Of a stretch of DNA of 64,000 bases, positions 9,578 to 18,329 are shown in pieces. How positions within the stretch are numbered: the stretch's first letter is position 1; every line of letters begins with the position of its first letter. This stretch comes from an uncultured Gammaproteobacteria bacterium (lineage in GTDB: Bacteria > Patescibacteriota > Microgenomatia > UBA12405), in the NCBI GenBank assembly GCA_964549165.1, contig CAZJUH010000002.1, forward strand, positions 1,896 to 65,895, given 5' to 3'. The notes below the pieces were generated by a model, which saw only the letters and a list, made by a program, of their open reading frames with translations, had not been told where the DNA came from and ran no database searches. Made by a program: the position numbers and the translations under genes.

Positions 9578-10312
9578 ATGAGTTATCTTTATGTCAAAAG
9601 TCCGCCAAAGACTGTCAGGCGAAGAAGGGTTATTTCTTCCAGTCACAAAAAATATTTTGCCTCTTTTTTTCTTTTTTCGGGGATATTTTTATTTCTCTCC
9701 GCTATTTTACCCATTCTTCAGTTTCAGCTCGGTTATTCCACTAAATTTAATCAAATCCTAAACCCTTTATCACCTCAATTTTACAACCATCCTGGTTCAG
9801 TCCTTGGCGATGTAAATACTGATTACACCCAGCTTTCCAATTGGTTCGTCAATGATCCTGGGCAAAACATTTCTTCTCCTTTACCAAATTATTCTCTTTC
9901 TTCTTACTATGTTTCCATCCCAAAGCTAAAAATAAAAGAGGCGCAGGTTATTTTTGGTAGTACTGATTTAAAAAAAAGTTTAATTCATTATCCTAAAACG
10001 GCTCTCCCTGGTCAGTATGGTTCACCTGTAATATTTGGCCACTCGGTTTTACCTCAGTTTTTTAACCCCGAGTCTTATCTAACTATTTTTTCGACCCTTT
10101 ATAAACTAAAACAAGGCGATGAAATTTTTGTCAATTATGATCAAATTCAATATAAATATTTAGTTGAAGAAATGTTTGAAATTCAACCTACGGACCTTTC
10201 GGTCTTAGAGCAACGCTTTGATGGTCGTTACATTACTCTCATTACCTGTTCTCCCCCAGGGACTTATTTGCGTCGTTTAATTATAAAAGGTAGAATTGCT
10301 GACAACCTATGA
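9578..10312 (+). CDS. Sortase
   Basis: N-terminal TM, IFGHS, ITLITC, downstream Arg (RRLII): His-Cys-Arg triad. Confidence 0.9.
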   Translation: MSYLYVKSPPKTVRRRRVISSSHKKYFASFFLFSGIFLFLSAILPILQFQLGYSTKFNQILNPLSPQFYNHPGSVLGDVNTDYTQLSNWFVNDPGQNISSPLPNYSLSSYYVSIPKLKIKEAQVIFGSTDLKKSLIHYPKTALPGQYGSPVIFGHSVLPQFFNPESYLTIFSTLYKLKQGDEIFVNYDQIQYKYLVEEMFEIQPTDLSVLEQRFDGRYITLITCSPPGTYLRRLIIKGRIADNL

Positions 10313-10680
10313 ACTCTCTTGCGATCGACTTTGGTACCAAAAGAATTGGTCTGGCCTATTCTTTAAATAATATAATTTTTACCCTACCAATGCTTAATAA
10401 TGATGATGAAATTTTCAAAAAACTTTCTCAGATAGTTTTAGATTATAAAATTAATAAAATTTATGTTGGTCTTTCCGAGGGCAAGATGGCTCAGATTACC
10501 AAAACCTTTGTTTTAAAGCTTTCAAACATGATAAAATTACCTATCGAAACAGTTGAAGAGGCAGTCTCGACAATTGAAGCCGATAATCTTTTTCTCAAGA
10601 ATAAAAAAAAACATAAGGTGTATCAAAAAGAAATCGATTCTATGGCTGCCGCCATTATTCTAAATCGGGTTATTAATTAA
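10309..10680 (+). CDS. ruvX: YqgF/RuvX family nuclease
   Basis: LAIDFGTKRIGLA, VEEAVSTIEA, IDSMAAAIIL. Confidence 0.92.
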   Translation: MNSLAIDFGTKRIGLAYSLNNIIFTLPMLNNDDEIFKKLSQIVLDYKINKIYVGLSEGKMAQITKTFVLKLSNMIKLPIETVEEAVSTIEADNLFLKNKKKHKVYQKEIDSMAAAIILNRVIN

Positions 10681-10688
10681 TAGAAAGT

Positions 10689-10886
10689 ATGTTTAAAAAT
10701 CTAATTTCCCCTATTCAAGCTTGGTTGTTATCTCAGGGCCGTTGCGTTGGTTGCGGGGAAGAACTTTCCAAGGGTCAAAGAAAAGTTATTCGAGGACAAA
10801 CTACGGTTACTTGTCGTTGTGGTCGTATTTTCATTCATCATCACAAGACCGACACTTATCGCCGAGCTCTTTTCAATGAAATTTAA
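10689..10886 (+). CDS. Small zinc-ribbon protein
   Basis: CVGC...CRCG motif; sits between ruvX and mltG. Confidence 0.65.
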   Translation: MFKNLISPIQAWLLSQGRCVGCGEELSKGQRKVIRGQTTVTCRCGRIFIHHHKTDTYRRALFNEI

Positions 10887-11805
10887 AAGTAGATTAGTTG
10901 CCATTTTTTTAGTTATTTTTTTCGTCCTAATTTTTTATTTTTATCTTTCTCTCTTGCCTCCATCCTCTGATTCATCCAAAAAAGTTTTTGTTATCAACGA
11001 GGGTGACAGTCTGTCAACGATTGCCCTTCGTTTAGAAAAAAATAAATTTATTAAAAATCGCTTTAGTTTTATTGTTTATAGTTATTTACTTGGGTTAAAC
11101 CAAAAAATTCAAGCCGGTAATTTTTATCTGACTTCATCCCAAAAAATACCGGATTTAATCAAAAATATTAGTCGCGGCGGGAGTACTGATTATTGGCTAA
11201 AAATTATTCCTGGTACCAGGGTTGAACAATTTTCTCCCAGTCCTGAGTTTACTCTTATAAGTCAGGATCTAGAGGGTAAATTATTTCCCGATAGTTATCT
11301 AATCCCGCAGGACTATACTCCCGAAAATATATTATCTATTATTGCCAAAAATTATCAGCAAAAATTATCGCAGGCCCAGCTTGGAGCTACTACTAAATAT
11401 TCCGATAAAGACGTCTTAATTATTGCTTCACTTTTAGAGCGTGAAGCCAAAGGATTAACTGACAAAAAAATTATTGCCGGAATAATTGACAATCGTTTAA
11501 GTACTCATATGCCTCTTCAAATTGATGCCACCATTCAGTATGCGAGGGATTCTCTCGGGAATACTATTGATTTTTGGAAACCTATCGCCAAAGCTGATAT
11601 AAATATTGTTTCTCCTTTTAACACTTACAAAAATCAAGGTCTACCCCCCGCGCCCATTTGCAATCCCGGTCTTGATTCCATTATCGCTGCTTATCATCCG
11701 AGTATTACTGATTATCTCTATTATATTCACAATACTACCGACCAAATTCATTATGCTTCAACTTTGTCGGAGCACAACGCCAACATTGCCAAATATTTAA
11801 AATAA
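10876..11805 (+). CDS. mltG: Endolytic transglycosylase MltG
   Basis: LEGKLFPDSY, ASLLERE, LQIDAT, SPFNTY..GLPPAPICNPG; start moved to ATG 10876. Confidence 0.95.
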   Translation: MKFKSRLVAIFLVIFFVLIFYFYLSLLPPSSDSSKKVFVINEGDSLSTIALRLEKNKFIKNRFSFIVYSYLLGLNQKIQAGNFYLTSSQKIPDLIKNISRGGSTDYWLKIIPGTRVEQFSPSPEFTLISQDLEGKLFPDSYLIPQDYTPENILSIIAKNYQQKLSQAQLGATTKYSDKDVLIIASLLEREAKGLTDKKIIAGIIDNRLSTHMPLQIDATIQYARDSLGNTIDFWKPIAKADINIVSPFNTYKNQGLPPAPICNPGLDSIIAAYHPSITDYLYYIHNTTDQIHYASTLSEHNANIAKYLK

Positions 11806-12891
11806 CTATTTCTCTTTTTTATTTACGAGATCGTTCAATATATTCCAACGTCTTTTTTTCTCACTCATTGGTATTTCATCTTTAAATAGTTTTGCCGACA
11901 CGGTTCCCCTTCGGGGTGAATATTTGTTTAAATAGGTAATTTCAAAATCAACCTTTTTACATACATCAACCGTATTTTGAAACGCTTTTTTATCCTCGCC
12001 GGGAAAGCCAATAATAATATCGGTTGAAAATCTGACATCAGTCACTTTATCTTTAATTTTTTTGACTAAATCTAAATATTCTTTTTGGGTATAGCCACGG
12101 TTCATATTTTTTAGCACTGTATCATCGCCAGATTGAAAGGGGAGATGAAGAAGCCTATCAATATTATGGTATTTACCTATAATTTCTATTAATTCATCCG
12201 AAAAATCCCAGGGGTTACTACTGATAAAAGACACTTTTGTTAATTCTTTTTTCGCCACCTCTTCAAGCAACTTCGGGAAAGCGCTTTTAATTCTTTTTTT
12301 ACCCATTGAAGATTGAAGATTGCAGATTGAAGATTGATTTAAATCTGCCCCATACGAATTTACGTTTTGTCCGATGAGTACAACCTCCTTAAATCCTCTT
12401 TTAATTGCCCCATCAACTTCTTTTAAAATATCCTCAATTTTACGTGATATTTCCTTTCCCCTGGCATAGGGCACAATACAATAAGAACAGTAGTTGTTAC
12501 AGCCGCTACTAATAGTAATTAAAGCTGCTCTTTTTTTATCTCTGAGTGCCTCCACTTCAAAGCTTATCTTTTTAATTGGTAGCATTTCATCGACTCCCTT
12601 AATATTTTTTTTAGAAATCGGCACCAAGCATCCCGTCAAAATAATTCTTCGTCTCGCCGAAGCATTTGCGGAGGCGGATTCCGCTTTTCTTATCTTATCT
12701 ATTAGTCCATACACCCTATTCTCGGCTGATTCCCGAATGACACAGCTATTGATAACAATAAGGTTAGCTTCTTTCCAGTTTTCTACGAGCCGATATCCTT
12801 TGTCTTGATAATAAGTCTTTATTCTTTCCGAATCAGATTCGTTTTGAGCACAGCCAAATGTTTTTAGATATAGTTTATTTTTTCGTAGCAC
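11806..12891 (-). CDS. miaB: MiaB-like methylthiotransferase (radical SAM), no TRAM domain
   Basis: TFGCAQN, NSCVIRESAE, CNNYCSYC, GQNVNSYG, TDIIIGFPGE. Confidence 0.85.
   Translation of the reverse strand: MLRKNKLYLKTFGCAQNESDSERIKTYYQDKGYRLVENWKEANLIVINSCVIRESAENRVYGLIDKIRKAESASANASARRRIILTGCLVPISKKNIKGVDEMLPIKKISFEVEALRDKKRAALITISSGCNNYCSYCIVPYARGKEISRKIEDILKEVDGAIKRGFKEVVLIGQNVNSYGADLNQSSICNLQSSMGKKRIKSAFPKLLEEVAKKELTKVSFISSNPWDFSDELIEIIGKYHNIDRLLHLPFQSGDDTVLKNMNRGYTQKEYLDLVKKIKDKVTDVRFSTDIIIGFPGEDKKAFQNTVDVCKKVDFEITYLNKYSPRRGTVSAKLFKDEIPMSEKKRRWNILNDLVNKKEK
12305..12337. repeat. Heptamer array (ATTGAAG) within miaB
   Basis: attgaag attgaag attgcag attgaag attga; encodes NQSSICNLQSS. 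Confidence 0.8.
12649..12679. repeat. GC-rich imperfect hairpin element within miaB
   Basis: tcgtctcgccgaagcatttgcggaggcggat; similar to 13665-13697. Confidence 0.75.
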
Positions 12892-13366
12892 GAATCATTT
12901 TACCACCACCCACTATTCCTCCAGCTCCGGTTAATAAAGCGATTAATCCAGGCCAGATGACTCCCGCGGCAGGCAAAGCCTCGGTGCCACTGTCGCTATT
13001 GACCGCATCCCAGTTAACATTGTCAACGCCAGTGGTTAGAGTAAAACTAATATTTGATCCACTACTGGTCAATACTACTTGATGATCCCCGTCAGTTAAA
13101 GCAGGGGAGCTATAGCTCCAATTTCCTGATTCATCGGCTACCGCAGTTCCTTTTTCTCCATCAATATCAATTTCAACCGAAGCACCAGCGGCCGCATCGC
13201 CCAATAATACTGGGCTTGAGCCTGTGTACCACCATTGCGATAACTGTCGGCCACTAGTGTTAACTCCACCAATCGATTTTAAATTAAAACCCCCAGCCAT
13301 AACTTTGTTTCCAGAAAACAAAAATAAAGCACCAACCATAAAAGAGAAAAATATTTTTTTAATCAT
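12875..13366 (-). CDS. Secreted Ig-like protein with LPAAG sorting signal
   Basis: Signal peptide, ADESGNWS/LTDGDH Ig-like motif, LPAAG + hydrophobic stretch + basic tail; start set at ATG 13366. Confidence 0.75.
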   Translation of the reverse strand: MIKKIFFSFMVGALFLFSGNKVMAGGFNLKSIGGVNTSGRQLSQWWYTGSSPVLLGDAAAGASVEIDIDGEKGTAVADESGNWSYSSPALTDGDHQVVLTSSGSNISFTLTTGVDNVNWDAVNSDSGTEALPAAGVIWPGLIALLTGAGGIVGGGKMIRATKK

Positions 13367-13429
13367 AAATAAATATACAATAAAATCTATTTTATTGCAC
13401 TCCAGTCTCAATAATGAGATTATTATTTC

Positions 13430-14416
13430 ATGACAGACAATCAACCAAACCCTAGCTATCAAGATATTTTAGACAAGTACGCTGAAAGTATTAGCTCAAA
13501 AGAAAACCCCCAGATTCCTGAGGAAAAAATTATTAAACCCGAGCCGGAATTAGAACCAATTAATCCTCCTCAGTCCATCCTTACCCCAGAAGAAGAAATT
13601 GTTAAATCACCGCCTCAAATCGAAGCTCCTCCGACTCCTGAGGCAATTAACCCTCCTACGCCCCTCGTCTCGCCGGAGCCTTCTAGCGAAGGCGGATCTG
13701 ACCTTATTTCACCGCCTAAAAAAGAAAATCATTTCTTTAAATATCTCTTTTTCTTTTCCTTAATTGTTTTTATTATTGTCTTGGTTTTAGTCGTTATTTC
13801 TTTTTTAAATTCTCAAAAACCAATTTCAAATAGTCCAGAAATTCCCATAAATAATGTTTCCCCAACTTCTGCCCCGACTGATTTTTGCGAACTCAATGAT
13901 CAAAAACACTCAGTTGGTACAACTTTTTCTGCTAACGATGGCTGCAATACCTGTACCTGTGGGGAGGATTTAATCATTAACTGCACTACCAAAACCTGCG
14001 ACCTCACCCCAACTCTCCCCGCCACATCTTCACCATCTGCCAAACCATCAACCAGCACTCTTAAATCTCAAGTCGAAGATTGGAAAACTTATACCAAAAG
14101 TAGTGAAAATTTATCTTGGGATAAGTGCGAAGAAGAATCAACAGTTTCTGTAAGTCTCAAAGATGTGGTGTCAAAAAATCCAATTTTTACTAAAAGAATA
14201 GATGGTGTTTATTTAGCTTATTCTTTAAAATCAAATTTTACTGCCGAAGATATCGGTAAATTTGTCATGTGTCAAGCCGGAGGAGAATATCCTATAAAAA
14301 TTATTGAGGATAAAATTTTATGGGTTCATGCTTGTTCAACGGGAATTGCTCCAGATAATCCCAAATGTGAGGACACTCTCACTGCAATAAAAAAACTCTA
14401 TGGTTATGTAAAATAA
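13430..14416 (+). CDS. Membrane-anchored Pro-rich protein with pacifastin/VWC-like Cys module
   Basis: TM helix, C...DGCNTCTC...CTTKTC, DWKTY motif. Confidence 0.65.
   Translation: MTDNQPNPSYQDILDKYAESISSKENPQIPEEKIIKPEPELEPINPPQSILTPEEEIVKSPPQIEAPPTPEAINPPTPLVSPEPSSEGGSDLISPPKKENHFFKYLFFFSLIVFIIVLVLVVISFLNSQKPISNSPEIPINNVSPTSAPTDFCELNDQKHSVGTTFSANDGCNTCTCGEDLIINCTTKTCDLTPTLPATSSPSAKPSTSTLKSQVEDWKTYTKSSENLSWDKCEEESTVSVSLKDVVSKNPIFTKRIDGVYLAYSLKSNFTAEDIGKFVMCQAGGEYPIKIIEDKILWVHACSTGIAPDNPKCEDTLTAIKKLYGYVK
13665..13697. repeat. GC-rich imperfect hairpin element within CDS
   Basis: tcgtctcgccggagccttctagcgaaggcggat. Confidence 0.75.
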
Positions 14417-14418
14417 TT

Positions 14419-14988
14419 ATGAACAAATCAAACTTACTTTTACCCTCTGTCTTAGCTGTTTTATTTACTTCTATTTTAATTATTCTTTCTCCAAATTCTC
14501 AAAAACTATCTCTTTCTTCTCCCACCCCTAGTCCCATTTCTACCGAATCGATTTCCCCCACCCCCGACTTCACCGCCGATTGGAAAACATATAATGACGA
14601 ATTACTTAAAGTAGAATTTAAATATCCTTCGCATTATATCCAAGAAATCACTCAAAATAATAGCTATTATTCTGTTGACCTTTTAGGTTTGGATTACCAG
14701 ACCATTGACAGCGATATGGGAACTCAAAGAAGGGGTACTTTTTTTATTATCACTGAAAATCCAAAATGTAATTCAGGTGCAATAATTGGTGAAACATTAA
14801 TTACTTCTAACAAAATTTATACTATTTACAAAATTAATGGGTACGAAGGTCCGGATTACAAATCTGCTGTTTTAAAAAAACCAAACGGTGATTGTTTAAG
14901 TTTTGGTTGTATGTCAGAAAATCTTTGTGAAGAATCGATTTTTGAAGATTTTGTTTCCATTCTCTCCACCTTTAAATTTATCCCCTAA
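14419..14988 (+). CDS. Membrane-anchored protein, PsbP-like fold
   Basis: N-terminal TM, Ser/Pro/Thr linker, DWKTY....FKYP, ILSTFKF C-terminus. Confidence 0.6.
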   Translation: MNKSNLLLPSVLAVLFTSILIILSPNSQKLSLSSPTPSPISTESISPTPDFTADWKTYNDELLKVEFKYPSHYIQEITQNNSYYSVDLLGLDYQTIDSDMGTQRRGTFFIITENPKCNSGAIIGETLITSNKIYTIYKINGYEGPDYKSAVLKKPNGDCLSFGCMSENLCEESIFEDFVSILSTFKFIP

Positions 14989-14997
14989 ATCTCCCCC

Positions 14998-15026
14998 TTG
15001 CTCTACATATAAATTAAGTATATAAT
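14998..15026 (+). promoter_or_regulatory. rpoBC promoter
   Basis: TTGCTC-17 nt-TATAAT. Confidence 0.7.
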
Positions 15027-15122
15027 TCTCCACATTTGGCGAGCGGTTGGTACATAACTCGCTTGTCCGCGCAATTGCAAAGCTATTGGCGGATCGCTTC
15101 TCTTATATTTTTAAACTTAACG

Positions 15123-18100
15123 ATGCCTTCCGCAAAAAGAACTAATTGGGGTAAAAAATATCCTCAAATTCCTGCTTTAGATTTATTAGCTGTTCAAAAA
15201 GAATCCTGGGAAAAATTTCTCAAAACCGATCTCGAAGAAACCGTCCGTGCCATTTCTCCTATCTCCGATTACACTGGTAACAACTGGCTTTTAGAACTGG
15301 GTGAACTTTTTTACGATAAACTGACCTTAACTCCAGAAATTTCCCGTCTTAAGGGTTTAAATTATACTGTTCCCGTCTATACCAAGGCTAAACTTACCAA
15401 TAAAAGAACTGGTCTCGTCCGTGAAGAAGATGTTTTTCTTCTAAATCTTCCTACCATGACCCCCGAAGCTACCTTTATTATTAATGGTATCGAAAGGGGA
15501 GTTATCAATCAATTAGTTCGCTCTCCCGGAGTGTATTTCACCAGTGAAATCGATCCTGCCACTGGCAAAACTCTCTGCAATGCGGAGATTCGCCCAGTTC
15601 GTGGTTCTTGGCTCGAATTTTTCATCGGCAAAAAAGATGTTATTTTTGCCCGTATTGACCGTAAAAAGAAAGTTCCTGCGACCATTATTCTCAGAGCCGC
15701 CGGGGCCTTAACCGACAAACAATTAGTTGGTGAATTCGGAGATTATATCAATGGTACTATTACCGCTGACCCCACCAAAACTCAAGAAGAAGCCTATCTC
15801 GAATTTTATCGCAAGCTTCGTCCCGGTGAACCAGTTGTTCTTGAAAACGCTCAAAAATTTTTCAACGACCGCTTTTTTGATCTTCGAACTTACGAGCTCG
15901 GTCAAGTCGGCCGCCACAAAATCAATAAAAAGTTCTCCTTTAATTTCTCTGACGAAAATAAAGAAAATTGGGTTATCAAAAAAGAAGATTTAATCGCTAC
16001 TATCCGTCATTTAATTAAACTTCAAAAAGGTGAAGCGACTCATTTTGATGACATCGATTCTCTCGCCAATCGTCGTCTTCGCCGCTGTGGTGAAATCGTG
16101 GCTCAGGTCGCTCTTCGTCCTGCTATGGCCCGTTTTGAAAGAATGGTCAAAGAGAGAATGTCTCTACTTTCCACCAAAGAAAAACCGACTCCATCTCAAA
16201 TGATCAATCCTCAGCCCCTTATTTCTTCTCTCAATACCTTTTTTAGAAGCAATCAGCTTTCAGCTATTCTAGACCAGACCAATCCTCTGGCTGAGCTTGA
16301 TTTACTTCGACGAGTCACCGTAGTTGGTGTCGGCGGTTTAACCCGCGAAAGAGCGGCTTTTTCTATCCGCGACGTTCATTCTTCTCAGTATGGCCGCATT
16401 TGTGCCGTTCGTTCTCCTGAAGGTCCAAATATTGGTCTTGTTACTTACCTCGCTCTTTATGCCAAGGTCAATAAATATGGTTTTATTGAAGCTCCTTTCC
16501 GAAAAATTGTCAAAGTCGGTAAAAATTATACCTTTTCCGATGATGTAATTTATATGGATGCTGACGATGAATACGATCATCAGATTACTCATCTTGGCAT
16601 TAAAATAGAAGACAATGTTATTAAACAAAATTGGGTTCCGGTTCGTTTTCAAGGTGAATTTTCCGAAGGTCCCATCGATCAAGTCAAATTCATTGATATG
16701 GTACCAAACGAAATTGTCGGTGCCTCTGCTTCTTTGATTCCTTTTATTGACCATGACGATGCCACCCGGGCTCTAATGGGCTCTCACATGCAGACTCAGG
16801 CTGTCCCTTTGGTTCAGCCCGAAGCTCCCATTGTAGGTACTGGTATGGAAGCTGACGTTGCTTCTGCCATGAGTCGCTGTGTCTTGTCAAAAAACAGTGG
16901 TACTGTTACTTATGTTGACGCTGACAAAGTCATTGTTGACGATATTACCTATCCTATAACAAAATTTGAAAGAACTTCACCTTATGGTACTTGTTACAAT
17001 CAACAGGTTCTCGTTAACCTTGGCGATAAGGTCAAAAAGGGCGATGTCTTAATTGATGGTCCAGCTACCAGTCAAGGAGAACTTTCTATTGGTCGGAATT
17101 TACTCGTCGCTTACGCTTCTGTTGACGGTTTGGGTTACGAAGATTCCTTTTTAATTTCTGATCGTTTAGTTAAAGAGGATGTTCTCACCAATATTCAAAT
17201 CTTCGAATACAAAGCCGATGTGGTTGAAACTAAACTTGGCACTGAAGAATTAACTAAAGATATTCCGAATGTATCTGAAGCAGAACTGGCTAAATTAACC
17301 GAAGATGGCATTGTCATGATTGGCGCCACTGTTGGTCCAAACGATATTCTTGTTGGCAAAGTCGAACCTCGAGGTGAAAAAGAATTAACTGCTGAAGAAA
17401 GGCTATTAAGAGCTATTTTTGGTGAAAAAGCCCGAGAAGTCAAAGACACTTCTCTTCGGGTTCCCAATGGTGAGGGTGGAGTCGTCATCAAAATTGAAAC
17501 TTTAGGTAAAGAAGATGGTGATGAACTTGATCCTGGTGTCAATAAAGTTGTCAAAGTTTACGTCGCTCAGCTTCGCCGAATTCAAGAAGGTGATAAAATC
17601 GCTGGTCGTCATGGAAACAAGGGTGTTATTTGCCGAATTATGCCTGAATATGATATGCCCCACCTTGCTGAAGGAACCCCAGTTGATTTGGTTATGTCAC
17701 CTCTTTCAGTTATTGCCCGTATGAATCTTGGTCAAATCCTCGAAGTTATTTTAGCAGCTGCCGGCCAAAAATTAAACAAAAAATATGCCGTACCTGTTTT
17801 CGAAAAATATAGTGAAGCTCAAATTGGTAAAGAACTTACCGAGGCTGGTCTTGCTGTCACCGGAAAAACTAAATTATTTGATGGTCGCACCGGCGATGCC
17901 TTCGATCAAGATGTGGTTATTGGTGTTGGTTATATTCTAAAACTCGTCCATATGGTTGATGACAAGGTTCATGCTCGTTCTACTGGTCCCTATTCTCTCG
18001 TTACTCAGCAGCCTCTTGGTGGAAAAGCCAGAATGGGTGGTCAACGTCTCGGGGAAATGGAAGTTTGGGCTCTTGAGGCTCATCAAGCGGCTCATATTTT

Positions 18101-18329
18101 ACAGGAAATGCTGACTATCAAATCCGATGATATCGAAGGTCGAACGCATGCCTTTCAAGCTATTATTAAAGGTCAAGCTATTCCTGAGCCAGCCATTCCT
18201 GAGTCATTTAAGGTATTAACCAAAGAACTCGCTGGATTAGCACTTGATATTTCTCCTGTCGGAATGAAACCCGTCGCTGAAGAAGAAAAAGATGATTCAA
18301 AAGTTGAAGATTTAAAGGAGGACAACTAA
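15123..18329 (+). CDS. rpoB: RNA polymerase beta subunit
   Basis: FIINGIER, RDVHSSQYGRIC, GDKIAGRHGNKG, GGQRLGEME; ATG 15123 preferred over upstream TTG. Confidence 0.98.
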   Translation: MPSAKRTNWGKKYPQIPALDLLAVQKESWEKFLKTDLEETVRAISPISDYTGNNWLLELGELFYDKLTLTPEISRLKGLNYTVPVYTKAKLTNKRTGLVREEDVFLLNLPTMTPEATFIINGIERGVINQLVRSPGVYFTSEIDPATGKTLCNAEIRPVRGSWLEFFIGKKDVIFARIDRKKKVPATIILRAAGALTDKQLVGEFGDYINGTITADPTKTQEEAYLEFYRKLRPGEPVVLENAQKFFNDRFFDLRTYELGQVGRHKINKKFSFNFSDENKENWVIKKEDLIATIRHLIKLQKGEATHFDDIDSLANRRLRRCGEIVAQVALRPAMARFERMVKERMSLLSTKEKPTPSQMINPQPLISSLNTFFRSNQLSAILDQTNPLAELDLLRRVTVVGVGGLTRERAAFSIRDVHSSQYGRICAVRSPEGPNIGLVTYLALYAKVNKYGFIEAPFRKIVKVGKNYTFSDDVIYMDADDEYDHQITHLGIKIEDNVIKQNWVPVRFQGEFSEGPIDQVKFIDMVPNEIVGASASLIPFIDHDDATRALMGSHMQTQAVPLVQPEAPIVGTGMEADVASAMSRCVLSKNSGTVTYVDADKVIVDDITYPITKFERTSPYGTCYNQQVLVNLGDKVKKGDVLIDGPATSQGELSIGRNLLVAYASVDGLGYEDSFLISDRLVKEDVLTNIQIFEYKADVVETKLGTEELTKDIPNVSEAELAKLTEDGIVMIGATVGPNDILVGKVEPRGEKELTAEERLLRAIFGEKAREVKDTSLRVPNGEGGVVIKIETLGKEDGDELDPGVNKVVKVYVAQLRRIQEGDKIAGRHGNKGVICRIMPEYDMPHLAEGTPVDLVMSPLSVIARMNLGQILEVILAAAGQKLNKKYAVPVFEKYSEAQIGKELTEAGLAVTGKTKLFDGRTGDAFDQDVVIGVGYILKLVHMVDDKVHARSTGPYSLVTQQPLGGKARMGGQRLGEMEVWALEAHQAAHILQEMLTIKSDDIEGRTHAFQAIIKGQAIPEPAIPESFKVLTKELAGLALDISPVGMKPVAEEEKDDSKVEDLKEDN

